NCBI RefSeq assembly: GCF_009914755.1
Contig: NC_060935.1
Length of the DNA stretch: 64,000 bases
DNA from: the human T2T-CHM13v2.0 reference genome, Homo sapiens
Strand: one strand, 5' to 3'
Shown: piece after piece, positions 29,713 through 53,042 of the stretch
Numbering within the stretch: position 1 is the stretch's first letter
Layout: the number at the start of each line of letters is the position of its first letter
Translations under genes and position numbers: made by a program
Notes under the pieces: generated by a model
Seen by the model: the letters and a program-made list of their open reading frames with translations, nothing else
Database searches by the model: none
What the model was told of the DNA's origin: nothing

Positions 29713-30605
29713 TCAGAGAAACAGGTTGTGGGGCAAGGATGGGGAGAGGGCTAAGAAAATCAGATGTGGGGTGATGTAGACCAAATTAAGTATTTTGACA
29801 TAAAAATCCCACTAGGTGGGAAGCCATTTGGCGGGTTTTGAGCCAAGTGGTGCTGTGTTGAGACGACAAAATGGAGATGAGGGCTAGGCAGGGAGGCCAG
29901 TTAAGGCTACTGTGGTACCTAGGTAAGAAATGAGGGTGGTGGTTGAAGAAATGAGTTCTTCAATTTCTAAAATGTTTGGAATGCAATCAACATGATTTGA
30001 TGCTAGAATGGATGCAGAGTATGACAACAACTGAAAAAGTGTTGAGATCAGGCATCTCCCATTGGAAACTGAGAAGAAAAAGATGTCCTGGGAACAAGTT
30101 AACACTTTCAAGGAATGAGTAACTTGTCAAATGCTGCCTACAGGAGGATCAAAACCTACTGGATATAGCATTGGAGTTACTGGTGACCCTAAGAAAGTTT
30201 TGGTGTGGGGAACCAGGGGAGTGAAGCCCTACTGAGGCTTGAGAATGGGGAAAATTAGACAACTCTTTCAATTTTGCAGTAAAGGAAAAAAAAATTGGGG
30301 GCAGTAAAGACATGCAATCTTATTTTGAAGTCACCATGAAGTGAATGAAGATTAGTCACTACATGCTGATACTAAAGAAATTGGCAATCATGCAAGGTAC
30401 ATCCCAGTTATACCCAGATACTGCCATTCCACAGTATGGTAGATTATAAAGTACACTGTTAGGTGTCTTTAGAACAAGGTAGCAGCAGTATTATACATTC
30501 TCTATGGGTTGAATATTTTGAGTAGCTCTTGACATGTTTGGGGTGGGAAGATTAAAGCATGATTCTGTAAGCAATGACAAACCACTGCGTACCGGGTTTA
30601 GTTCA

Positions 30606-30895
<290 letters not shown>

Positions 30896-31949
30896 CCAGG
30901 TTTAGTTCTAAAACTTCCTTTAGCCTGATACCCTGGCTGAATTAGGCAAATTCTGGCAATAAGAATTGACTAGCTGATCCACCTAACCAGTTGCTCCTTT
31001 TGCTAGGTTAAAAATTAGTTTCCTCCCCTTCGTGGGGAGGGTTGGGCAGAGAAACAATTTACAGCCCCTTTAAAATTTAGGTAGGTTCATACAAATCTGT
31101 TTAGCTTTAAATTTTGCTGTACTCAAAGTACCCAAAAGCTTATGACTTGTTAAAACTTCAGGGGAAGATGAGTGCCATAATGCAAGATTTAGCTTCCCTG
31201 GCCCAAATAAGACAGACACAAAAACATTGATTGGTTCTGCCTCCCACCCACTGGAGCATGTGCAGGCAGCCTCTTCTGACTTCAAGGTTCTAATGGGTTC
31301 GGCAGTATGATAGTCTGCCTTGAGGGTCTCCCCAATCACCAAGAACAGGTTCTTAGGTGTTGACATCAACCAGGACTCCAGTAGCACACTTCAAGAGTCC
31401 CCATCCATGCCAATGTTAGAAGTAATCCTAGGATTGTCAGAATGTTCCAGGGCTGGAGACAAATCCTTCGTGTGTGTTTTTGGAAAACATGCAGAGGTTT
31501 AGTTGAATGAAGTCAATTTTACTGGGACACTGGAATTTTTCCAGAGGAAGCAGGGATCTTCCTGGACATTTGGGGCAGCTACTGGGAATGATGCTTGCAG
31601 GACAGCTAAGCTTATCCAGAGATCACCATGTATTTCAGTCTGACAAAAGATAAATTGTCACCAAATTTTAGTTGCTATGTGTAGCTATGTTCCTCCAAAT
31701 TCATAAGACTTGTGATCTTTGATCATAAAAATCGTTTATATTGGTTAGTTTCAGTAACTCAAAGGAAATAAACACCTTAAATCTTGTGTCTCATCTTGAA
31801 GAGTCTAAAAATTCCTTCTGGAACCCAGGCTTGTACAGCAGAAAAACAAAAATTGGGAAGTCCTTAAGTCAAACTAAGGTGGGTCTCCTATACCTCAAAA
31901 ACAAAGCTGACAATTCTCCCAGACTATGGATGCCATTTACAGCCACACA

Positions 31950-32719
31950 TCACTACATCAAGTATCACAATGTTTATTGATAGATACAAGTATATAAAAT
32001 CAGGGCATGAACATGACTTGATAAATTAAGTAGACTTAATTTCAATACTATAATAGGAGGGACCAATTCAAATTCTCACCATTTGTTTCACACCCACAAA
32101 AACCACTTCAAGGGCATTAACGATCTCTCAAAACTGATCAGTTTTGTGCAAGTAAACCATGTTTCTTTTAAAAAGACTTGTGCACTTGCCCAGGCTCAAG
32201 GATATTAAAATCTAGCACATAAAGCCCATTACTAGAGGTAGAAATACAGGCAATATACTATTACGGCAACAACCATCAATTACAGTTAAGAATTTTTCTG
32301 TAACAACCAAATGGATAATCAAATATTGCAACAACTCAAGTATTACTGAGCAAAGTGCATTTCTACAGTATTCAGTGTTGCTATTCAGTTTTCTAACTTA
32401 AAACAGCCTATGATAACTGGCAGCAAAGAAGGTCCTTGCAATAGACTGCCTCTGCTTGAGAACTTATGATGTAATTATTGCATGCTGCTAATATACTATC
32501 TAAACATTAAAGATACTCCTAAAATATTTGATGGTAGACTATGATTAAGACATTACACTACAAAAAAACCTTATGCAGAAGGAAATCCTAACTGACGTGC
32601 TTCTGCTTTAAATATTGTGAAAACATTACAGCGGAATGAATTTTCGCAGTGGTTAGGTCAAATGCAGTTACATCATAGCAACAGTATGTTTTGCACAATT
32701 TAAGGCTTTGGCTGGTTCT
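31950..32719 (-). terminator. EIF4G2: EIF4G2 3' UTR and poly(A) signal
   Basis: AATAAA on minus strand at 31973-31978, ~745 nt after the stop codon; repeat-free AU-rich UTR. Confidence 0.88.
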
Positions 32720-42274
<9,555 letters not shown>

Positions 42275-43683
42275 TTTGGCGGCTTGACAACGAAGAATCT
42301 TCAAAAGAATAATATTAATAGATGGGGTGGGGAGGGGAGGGGACAGGAGAAATGAAATACCTGGAACGAGAAAGAGCACCAAAATTAGACACTGCTAACA
42401 TACAGATCTATAAGCCTTCATTCAATTACAACGTATTTCAGATCCTGGCACTGTCACTGCATTGCAGATCTGTAAGACTAACCTAAAATGTACTCAAAAC
42501 ACTGACAATTACATTTTGTTTAGCCACCTGGAAATTCCCCGGTGTTCAAGGATGCAAAGAGACTTCGTAGAACACAAGAGCATTTTAAACGGCTCAGAAC
42601 GAATCTTTTGAAAAAGCCACATTCTACTATCTTTAAAACTGAGCACTGAGATCAATAGAAAAGTCTAACTACAGACACGAGCAACATCACGTGGAAAATG
42701 TCTGCCCTAGGAATTTTTACTGCCTTGACGAGGCCAGCGACTAGATGAGGTCTCTCCGAAAGCTCTTCAGCAGTTTTCCCCTGTCCACCCTTTCGCCTCC
42801 TCCCCGTGGAGAGCTCGTGGAAAGACGCGCGAGAGGGGGCCGGGTGTACAGGACTAGCACTTGCAGGCGGAAGACCAGGGCCACAACATGGCAGCAGGAA
42901 CCTCCGCCCCGTTTTTCCCTTCCTGGGAACAAAAGAGCGGAGCATTCCTCCCACCCAGGCGCAAGTTAGGGAAGTGCTTCCGACAACCTCCCCGCGAGGC
43001 CCGGGTCGCTCGACGGGGAGGAGCAGCTGAGGCCACCCCCGCCAGCCCGGCGCCCAGCTCTTTGTTCTCCAAGCAGGAAGGCGGCCTCCTGCCCACCCGC
43101 CGCCTCCAAGCGGGCCCCCTCCTGCACCATAAATCCCCCCGGGACTGACAACCGCCTCGCCACGGCCTCCTCTGCTGACAAAAGGGGCAGAAATCATCAC
43201 TCTCTCTTTCCTCCCCGACGAAGGGCAGCCCCTGCCGACTCCAGGTCCTACACACCTCCCCGCCGGGAGGCCAGGCTCCGGGACGCCTGCGGTTCCCTGG
43301 TCCCGCGCCAACGGCCTGGCCTTCCCTGCCGGCCCGCGTGCCTCCCGCCACGGCGCTAGCGGTCCGAGCCACGCTCCCTCGCCGTCCGAGCACAGCCGTG
43401 CCTCGGTCCGCCACGGCCTCGTCCCTGCAGGCGTCGGCCATCCGGCCATGACCGCACGGCGGCCTGGCCAACACTGACGTTTTCCTTCTACTCCGTCAGC
43501 AACAGGAAGAGAGAACAAAAGCCAAGACTTTCCAGGTGTCTGAAGCGCAGAGGAAATGCTAAAAAAGGGTCGCCCCACCCGGCTCCGCCTGCGGCCGCCA
43601 TTTTGTACCACTCGAGAAGAAGCGACCAGGGACGGCGGCCATTTTAGAGCGCTCCACTCGGCGGCGGCAGCGGCTCAACTCAC

Positions 43684-43905
43684 CTTCACCGAGAACTCAG
43701 CAGCTGCCACCGCAGCTGCCTCCTCAGGATCCGGTCGTCGGGGATAGGGAAGGGAGGGGAAAGGGGAACGGAAAACAAAAAAAAGGGGGAGGGAAGGGGG
43801 AGGAAGGAGTCGGGGACGGCCTCAAACTCAGCTCAGAGGAGTCGCTGCTGCAGCCGCCACTCGGTACCCGCTGCCACCTCCATAGAGCTCCGACTCACTG
43901 CTGGC
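43684..43905 (-). other. EIF4G2: EIF4G2 non-coding exon 1 (5' UTR; TSS approximate)
   Basis: Ends GGTGAAG|gtgagt (donor at 43683); contains uORF and C/U-rich tract. Confidence 0.88.
43833..43883 (-). CDS. EIF4G2 upstream ORF, 16 aa (MEVAAGTEWRLQQRLL)
   Basis: ATG at 43883, TGA at 43835-43833; the only AUG seen in exons 1-2 before the GUG. Confidence 0.75.
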   Translation of the reverse strand: MEVAAGTEWRLQQRLL

Positions 43906-45637
43906 GCTAAGGCGTGTCTGAAGCCGAACTTATCACTCTTGGGGCAGCCGAACCCACCAGAGTCTCCCCGAATGGCTCCTTCGCCGCCCAATCAGCGGCC
44001 CGGTTGCCGTCTGCCACCAATCCGCGCAGGGCAGCGAGGAGGAGCCACAGGGCTGAGCTCGGTTGCGGCGCAGCCCCGCCGCAGTGCGCAAAGCCATATT
44101 CGCGAAGTGTCTGAGGCTGAGCCAGTGGCGTAAGGGGCGCCGAGCGCTGTCGAGATGAGGGTTGCGTGCGTAAAGCCGGAGAGCCCTTTTGAGTCTGCGT
44201 TGGCGTGGCTGCTGCTTCTTGCTCCAGTCCCTTTGTTCACTGAGTCCATATGCCATGCTCCAGTTGTATCATCCCCTTTTCCCTCGACCTCGTTTTCTCA
44301 CCGGGAATATGGGAAGAAAACGCACCCTTACCTCCCCCGAACCCTGTGCGTGGCGAGTGAGCATTGCTTTTCTTGGCGCCCCTTGGAGCTGTGGCTGCCC
44401 TCGCGTGCCTGGCCTCTCCCGGGGCTGGGCCCTTCGGGTTGAGGCCTGGAGCCCCCGGGCGCAGCGCCGGGACACTACCCGGCTCCAGGTCCTCGGCTTC
44501 GGCAGCCTTAGGGAACCCAGAAAGTAGTGGGGAGGAGGCGAGACGTGCGCCCGGATGCCAAAGGGGAGCTTCATTCAGCTCCTTATTGGCCCACCCCCTG
44601 CAGAGTGAATGAGAAAGTGATGAAAGGAAGGGGTTGATTTTCTTCGAACCGCACAGAAGAAGCTGCTTTTCCCATAGGAATGTCCGGCTGGCGGTCACCG
44701 AGGAAAACACCCTGTGTGTCAGACTTCCGCGGGTGTTTGGAGGATTTCGAATTGCTAGCTCCTGTTTTTTTTTGTGTTTTTTGTTTGTTTAAGTGCACGT
44801 TAAACATTGTCAGTTGTGTATTTTCATTTTATTTAAGGTTCACCATAAGAAATAGGATTAAGCTTTTCAAAGCCGGCAAGTTGAACTATTTATACTTACC
44901 AGGTAATGTATTGATGAGTACCTTATTCCATCGTTTGCGACATTGTAGCTATACTAAAATGGAGTCATACTTCCATAAACTTAAACAACAAAAATGTCCC
45001 CATCTCCATTTTAACATGTAGTACTTTTACAGTGTATAGTCAAAGGCAAGAATGTGTGTGTTTTAACATGAATGACTTTTAAAGTGTTCAGTAAGAGGCA
45101 GGATTTTCAAAGACCCAAACTTAACCTTTGATTCCAGTGTCAAAACAGCTCTTGGTATTAGAGCACCTGGTCCTTAATACAATTTTCCGGAAAATTGCAG
45201 TTTTTCCTACGACATTTAAATGTAATAGAAGGCTGTGGTGTGGCTCTGAAGGTTTCTAACACAATTCCAACATCTGTAGATCTTTGCTATAGAATAGTCA
45301 CCATTCCCTACTTTACTGTTACTACACTTATTGCTATTACATCAATTTTACTTGAACTTTAAAACTTGGAAGAGATATTCTAAAAAAAAAAAAAAAACTA
45401 TTTTGGGGTGGTGGTGGTGGTGCAAGTTTTGTTTTAAATACAAGAGGTTTCACTTTGTATTTCTTTGGACCCTTCTAGCTTCATGATAACACGAGAATAA
45501 TGTTTCTTTATAATTTCTGTAGGGCTTTAAGGTTTGGAAAAATGCATTAGTATATGTGATATTTTTACATAACTGGTTTACATTCCATTTATCTGATAAT
45601 GAACGAATACATTAGTTTACTAAGAAGAGTAGTATTC

Positions 45638-47055
<1,418 letters not shown>

Positions 47056-48222
47056 GAGTCATTGTCTGGAATTTAGCTTTTAGTTCATTGAAAATTGAAT
47101 TTTAAATATACCCACTTAAGTCTGCTAGTTTTCCACTGCTAGTTTTATCAGTTTTCTCTAAGTCCTGACTAACTTGTTAACTCATATATTTTTGCCTTAT
47201 TTTAACTAATCATGTCAAGTGCTGGTTACTATTCTAACACATACTGTTTTGGAAGCATCTACCATCCTCTCTGTGCTTATGAATTCCCTAATCATTTACC
47301 TTCAGCCCAGATCTCTCACTTTACATCCAGTTCTGAATTTCCAACAGCCTTTTGCTCAGAGATGCAAACTTGAAGCCATAGTTTGAGCCACAGTAGTTTT
47401 AAACACTTGAATTTGATATTCACACAAATTTTTGCATACAAATCCAGATTTCCATCTTTTCATGAAAAATCTTAAAATATGGCAATACTGGGCCTGAAAT
47501 TCTCATAGGGCAACATTCAAGCATAACTAAGTAGAACTACCTTCTCTCGATGTTTTGATTTCTCCACAGTTGCATCTGACTTGATTCACTCATTTATGTT
47601 CCCATCTGGCCTCTATAGCCATTTTGCTTTTTTGAGTTGTTTGCTCAAATTCAACAGATTCCATATGTAAACTGGTCATCTTCCTATGAGGAAAAGTAGT
47701 TAGACCAGTTGAGGTCAAATGTCTTCTCTACCATTTACTGTGTAACTTTGGGCAAATAATTTAATTACTCTTACTCAGTTTCTAAAACTGTAAAATCGGA
47801 ATGATAGTAGTATTTATATGGTGGTTGTAAAGATTAAATGAGATAATGTATGTAAGGCACGTAGGTTAGACCCCGACTTAGAATTTAATGTTTCCATATT
47901 CTCAATAATATTGATTAACCAGCTGTTTCACAACTACTTTAATTTTGTTAAGGAGTCTATTATTCTTCTATGCTAGAAACTTGACCATATTTTTTTTCCT
48001 TTTGCTCAGATTTAACATTCAATCACTTACTGAATCCTGGTGCTCCTTCTCTCCAAATGTTTCTTGCATTCATCTTCCTCCCTACAACATCATTGCATGT
48101 ATGCTAATCCAGCCCTTACTAAACTTTTCTCCTGGATTATTGCAAAATTCTAGTTGATCTTCTGTAGTCTTTCCCTACTAGTCTGTATATTCCTGTTAGT
48201 CTTTCTTAAAATACCTTTTTTC

Positions 48223-48577
<355 letters not shown>

Positions 48578-48594
48578 TCACTGTTTTCTACATG

Positions 48595-48772
48595 AGTTGA
48601 TCTCAACCTTGGCTGCACATTAGAATCACCTGGAGAACTTTTAAATATCTCAGTGTCCAGGCTGCACCTAAGACCAGATAAATCTGAATCTTTGGTAGTG
48701 AGATCTAGCCATCAGTAGCTTTTAAAGCTCTCTAGGTGATTCCAGTGTGCAGTCAAGGTTTCAGAGCCACTG
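48595..48772. mobile_element. MER5A-like element
   Basis: tctcaaccttggctgcacattagaatcacctggagaac..gattccagtgtgcagtcaaggtttcagagccactg. Confidence 0.8.
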
Positions 48773-49323
48773 TAGCAGGTCAGAGCATTATAGAAAATTA
48801 CAACATTTATAGCTGAAGCAAATCCCAGGAAAAGGAAACTGGGGTTTAAAAAAGATAAGGGGAGTTTCTCCAAGTAGGGAAACAGTTATTAGAACCCAGG
48901 CATCCCAGTTTATATGCTTTTACCTGGCTTTCAAGCCCTTTATATTCTGTCCCTACCCTACCTTTTCTGTTGGCCTTATTTTTTGCCTCTCCCAAACACC
49001 CAGTCTTCTCTTATGCAGCCAGTTAGGCTGGTATTGCTGTCCCTAAAAATTCAGTTCTAATACTTCATTGCTTGCAATTTTGAGGGTACCCTCATTTATC
49101 CCCTCTACTGATTCATTCCTGAAGTACAAAATGAATATATAAGTGCCCTACTCAAAAACCTCAATAGCTCTCCTCTAACAATAATATCTGAACTTCTTAG
49201 TTTGGCATAAAAGGACCTTTATCATCTGGCTTCAGACTACTTTCCTATTCCTAGGTGTATCACTCCTTCATTCCTACAGTTATCCCTAATCTGGTTCTAT
49301 GGTACTCAAATTCTGCTCCATTG

Positions 49324-50960
49324 TTAAGATATATTTTGGAGATAAAGCCATTAAAACTTCTGATGGATTGAATATGGAAAATGAGAGAAGAATCAAGAAT
49401 GATTCATAGATTTTGGCCTTAAGCAACTGGCAGGTAGTAAACAATGGAGGAAAAACTATTCTGAATATATTAAACTTGAAATGCCTATTAGATATTCAAA
49501 GGGACATTTCAATAGGCAATTCAAAATAGATGATATGCATCTATAGCTTGCATGGGAGGAAGGGTGGATCAGAGATGGAGATATGACCAATACCAGTGTT
49601 CTGTATTACATGTGACTACAATTTGGAGGTCTTTGTTCACTTGGCAGAAAAAGAAATAAAGTTATTGAGTTTATATGCATAATACCTGTTTCCAAGGATC
49701 TCACAATCTAGACAAAAGATAAATACACCAATTATATAAAAGGCAGGGAAGGGTGGAATCAGTGCTAAACCAAAGATACCATAAGCTTTCATAAAGGGAA
49801 TAATAGGGAGATGAGGCTGTGGCCATTCTTCCTTAAGTGCCAGAATGATGATTTGGGACTTGACTACACAGACAAAGTTCTTGAACTGATCAGAACTCTG
49901 ATCAGTTTTAGTGTAAAGCTGATCAGTTTTAATTGATCCATGTACTGTTTTAGAAAAACTATCCTTACAGTTTGTGTAGAATGGATTGAACTGGGGTGTG
50001 GTGGTTCACGCCTGTAATCCCAACACTTTGGGAGGACGAGGTGTGTGGATTTCTTCAGCCCAGGAGTTCAAGACCAGCCTGGATAATATGGTGAAACCCC
50101 GTTTCTATAAAAAAATACAAAAATAAGTCAGGTGTGGTGGTGCACCTGTGGTCCCAGCCACTCAGAAGGCTGAGATGGGAGGATCGCTTGAGCCCAGGAG
50201 GAGGAAGTTGCAGTGAGCTGTGATTACGCCACTACACTACAGTCTGGGCAACAGAGTTACACCCTGTCTCAAAAAAAAAAAAAAAAAAAAGAAAAGAAAA
50301 GGAGGGCAAACTTGGAGATAGGGAGATCATTAGTTAGAAGGCTAAATAATTTATTATTTTTATGGGCTTATTTTTATCTCCCTTCCAAAATCATAAGGTT
50401 CTTGATATCAAGTACTTCTCTTGTATTACCAATAGAATTATTTACATACACAAGAGCTGAGAAAATATTTGTGCATATTATCTTGCTGCCATTTTATTTA
50501 TTTTTTCTCTAGAATTTCCTACTGCCTTTACCAATTCAGCTCAGTCTTTGCTGGGTTCTCCTACTCTGTTTGACCTATAAATATTGAAGTACCACCAAGG
50601 ATTTATTCTGGGTCTTTTCTTCCCTCTGAATACTTTTCTCCGAGGTAATTCATCAATCCTATGACTTTAAATCCCATTTATATGATAAAAATTTCCAAAT
50701 TCATGTCTCTATCTCTTATCTACCTTTCCCCCCATGCAAGCTATAGATGTATATCGTCTGTATTGAATTGCCTACTGAAATTTCCCCCTGAATATCTAAT
50801 AGGCATTTCAAGTTTAACATGTTCAGAATAGTTTTTCTCCATTGTTCACCACGGTCAGTTACTAAGGTCAAAAACCTATGAATCGTTTTTGATTCTTCTG
50901 TCCCTTCTATATTCAATCCATCAGAAGTTCTGTTGGCTCTATCTCCAAAATATATCTTAA
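49324..50960. repeat. Inverted duplication of ~260 bp of L2 sequence
   Basis: 49324-49586 is the reverse complement of 50701-50960. Confidence 0.9.
49991..50300 (+). mobile_element. Alu (J-like)
   Basis: Dimer with A-tail. Confidence 0.9.
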
Positions 50961-51700
50961 ACTGGTCCACTTCTCTTGATCTACATTTCTATCACTTTAA
51001 TCTAACCACCATTCTCCCTAGCCTGGATTACTGCAATAGCCTCCTAGAATTCATCCCTCAACTTCGTCTCTTGCTGTCCAATACATTCTCTACCCAGAAC
51101 CAGTAATCTTTAAAAAATGTAAATCAGATAATGCCACTTCCATGCCTAAAACCCTCTAATCATGGATATATATAATATCCACAATAAAATCCAAACTCCT
51201 TAGCGTGGCCTATATGACCTTACATGATCTGGCCCTTGACTATCACTCTGACTTCAACTCCTACTATGTTCCCTTTGATCTCTATTCAGTCACACTGGCC
51301 CCTTTCTGCAAATATGTTAAGCTCATGCAAAGCTTTCTATTCCTCAAGTATGCAAAAACTATGGCTATTTCTTTTTTTTAAGTTCCACTGCCCAAAAGCT
51401 CTTATCCCAATTTTTTACAGAATGGCTTTTTGTGTGTGTATAATTTAGATTTCAGCTTGAATGGCCACCTCTCTAGAAAAGCCTTCCCTGATCATCCCAT
51501 GTAATGTTGTTTCCTCTTCTAGATACTCTATTACATTTCCCCTCTTAGTTTTTTTTTGTTTTTGTCTTTTCCATAGTCCTTCTTACTATCTGAAATGATT
51601 TTTTGCATTCATTCTTGTGTCTTGTCTGCTCACTGCATTAGGATGTTAAGCTGAATGGCAGCAGGAACTTTATCTGTCATGTTGTATTCCACAGATTTTT
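50490..51700 (+). mobile_element. L2 LINE fragment
   Basis: L2-like motifs (aatatctaataggcatttcaagtttaacatgttca; gcctggattactgcaatagcctccta; aaatccaaactccttagcgtggcc). Confidence 0.7.
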
Positions 51701-51720
51701 TAAAAAGATGACTGGCTTCT

Positions 51721-52035
51721 GGCAGGGCACAGTAGCTCATGCTTGTAATCCCAGCAGTTTGGGAGGCTGCGGCAGGTGGCTCACTTGAGACCAGGAGTTT
51801 GAGACCAGCTTGGCCAACATGGCAAAACCCCATCTATACTAAAAAATACAAAAATTAGCTGGGTGTGGTGGCACACACCTGTAATCCAAGCTACTTGGGA
51901 GGCTGAGGCATGAGAATTGCCTGAGTGCGGGAGGTGGAGGTTGCAGTGAGCCAAGGTTGCACAGCTGCACTCCAGTCTGGGCAATAGAGCAAAGCTGTGT
52001 CTCAAAAACAAAACAAAACAAAACAAAAACACACA
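51721..52035 (+). mobile_element. Alu
   Basis: Dimer; ttaaaaagatgact repeated on both sides. Confidence 0.9.
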
Positions 52036-52400
52036 CAAAAAACTTCACATTAAAAAGATGACTAGATTCTGGATAGGGAATGTATTGGACAGCAAGAGAT
52101 AAAGAGCTTAGAATAGTTCCTAGCATATACTAGGCATCATTAAATATTTATTGAATACAGGAATATACATTATCTCAATTGAGTCTCACTACAAACTATT
52201 TGGAGGAAGTAGAGATGTATTATTTCCCCCACTATATATATTGGGAAATGGAAAGTTTGGTGACTTTTCTAATGCAATTCGTTAATATGTGGCAGCATCT
52301 CATACTTTCCCAGGTACATCAAGCTCCCCCACCCCACAGCAACATGAATAGCCATAATGGGAATATTCCTTTCTTATCACTTTTGCATGAATAAGGTGCT

Positions 52401-52921
52401 TGCATTAGTTTCCTTTGGCTGCCATAACAAATTGCCACAAACTTGGTGGCTTAAAACAACCCAAATTAATTTTCTCACAGTTCTGGAGGTCAGAAGTCAA
52501 ATCAAGGCATTGGCAAGGGTGCACTTTCTAGGGAGGCGCTAGGGGAGAATCCAACTCTTGCCTCTTCTAGCTTCTGGTGGCTGTTGGCATGCTTGGCTTG
52601 TGGCCACATCTCTCTGCTCTGTCTTCACATTGCCTTTCTGTGTGTGTGTGTGTTGTGTACATTCCTTGGCTGTGGCCACATCTCTGCTGTCTTCACATTG
52701 CCTTTCTCTGTGTGTGTCTGTGTGTGTGTTGTGCATCCCCAAAACCCCTCTGCCTCTCTAAGGATACATGTGATTGTACCCAGATAATCCAAGCTAAGCA
52801 TCTCCTCTTAAGACCCTTAATTTAATTACATTATTTGCCATATAAAGTAGTATTCCCACATTACAGGGATTATGACATGGGCATATCTTTTCGGGGGTAC
52901 TCATCAATTCAACCCACTACA
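52401..52921. mobile_element. MaLR solo LTR (MLT1-type) with internal tandem duplication
   Basis: tgcattagtttcctttggctgccataacaaattgccacaaacttggtggcttaaaacaac..aattcaacccactaca. Confidence 0.8.
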
Positions 52922-52929
52922 GTGCTCAT

Positions 52930-53042
52930 ACTATTTTACTGCAGTACTAAATTCTCAGAACTCTATCTAATGGGCCAGTCTCTTTACTGTTTTACTGCAG
53001 AACTAAATTCTCAGAACTCTGTCTAATGGGCCAGTCTCTTTA
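52930..53042. repeat. Tandem duplication, 2 x 56 bp
   Basis: act.ttttactgcag.actaaattctcagaactct.tctaatgggccagtctcttt occurs twice. Confidence 0.92.

Larger units (their letters stand above)
42780..44740. promoter_or_regulatory. CpG island / EIF4G2 promoter
   Basis: High GC and CpG; CCAAT boxes at 43988-43992 and 44017-44021; YY1-type GCCGCCATTTTG at 43594-43605 and GGCGGCCATTTT at 43634-43645; no TATA seen. Confidence 0.92.

Noticed and set aside
31070-31660. Unique-looking sequence with a 105-aa ORF downstream of the EIF4G2 poly(A) site
   Set aside because: No recognisable homology or exon structure; cannot support a call
42652-43611. 319-aa ATG ORF on minus strand in EIF4G2 intron 1, plus overlapping GC-rich ORFs to 44800
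   Set aside because: G/R/P/A-rich with no recognisable domain; stop-poor frames are expected in a CpG island, and the ATG is part of a YY1 motif
44892-44903. ATACTTACCAGG resembling the U1 snRNA 5' end
   Set aside because: Similarity stops after ~12 nt; it is an antisense splice-donor motif, not a U1 pseudogene
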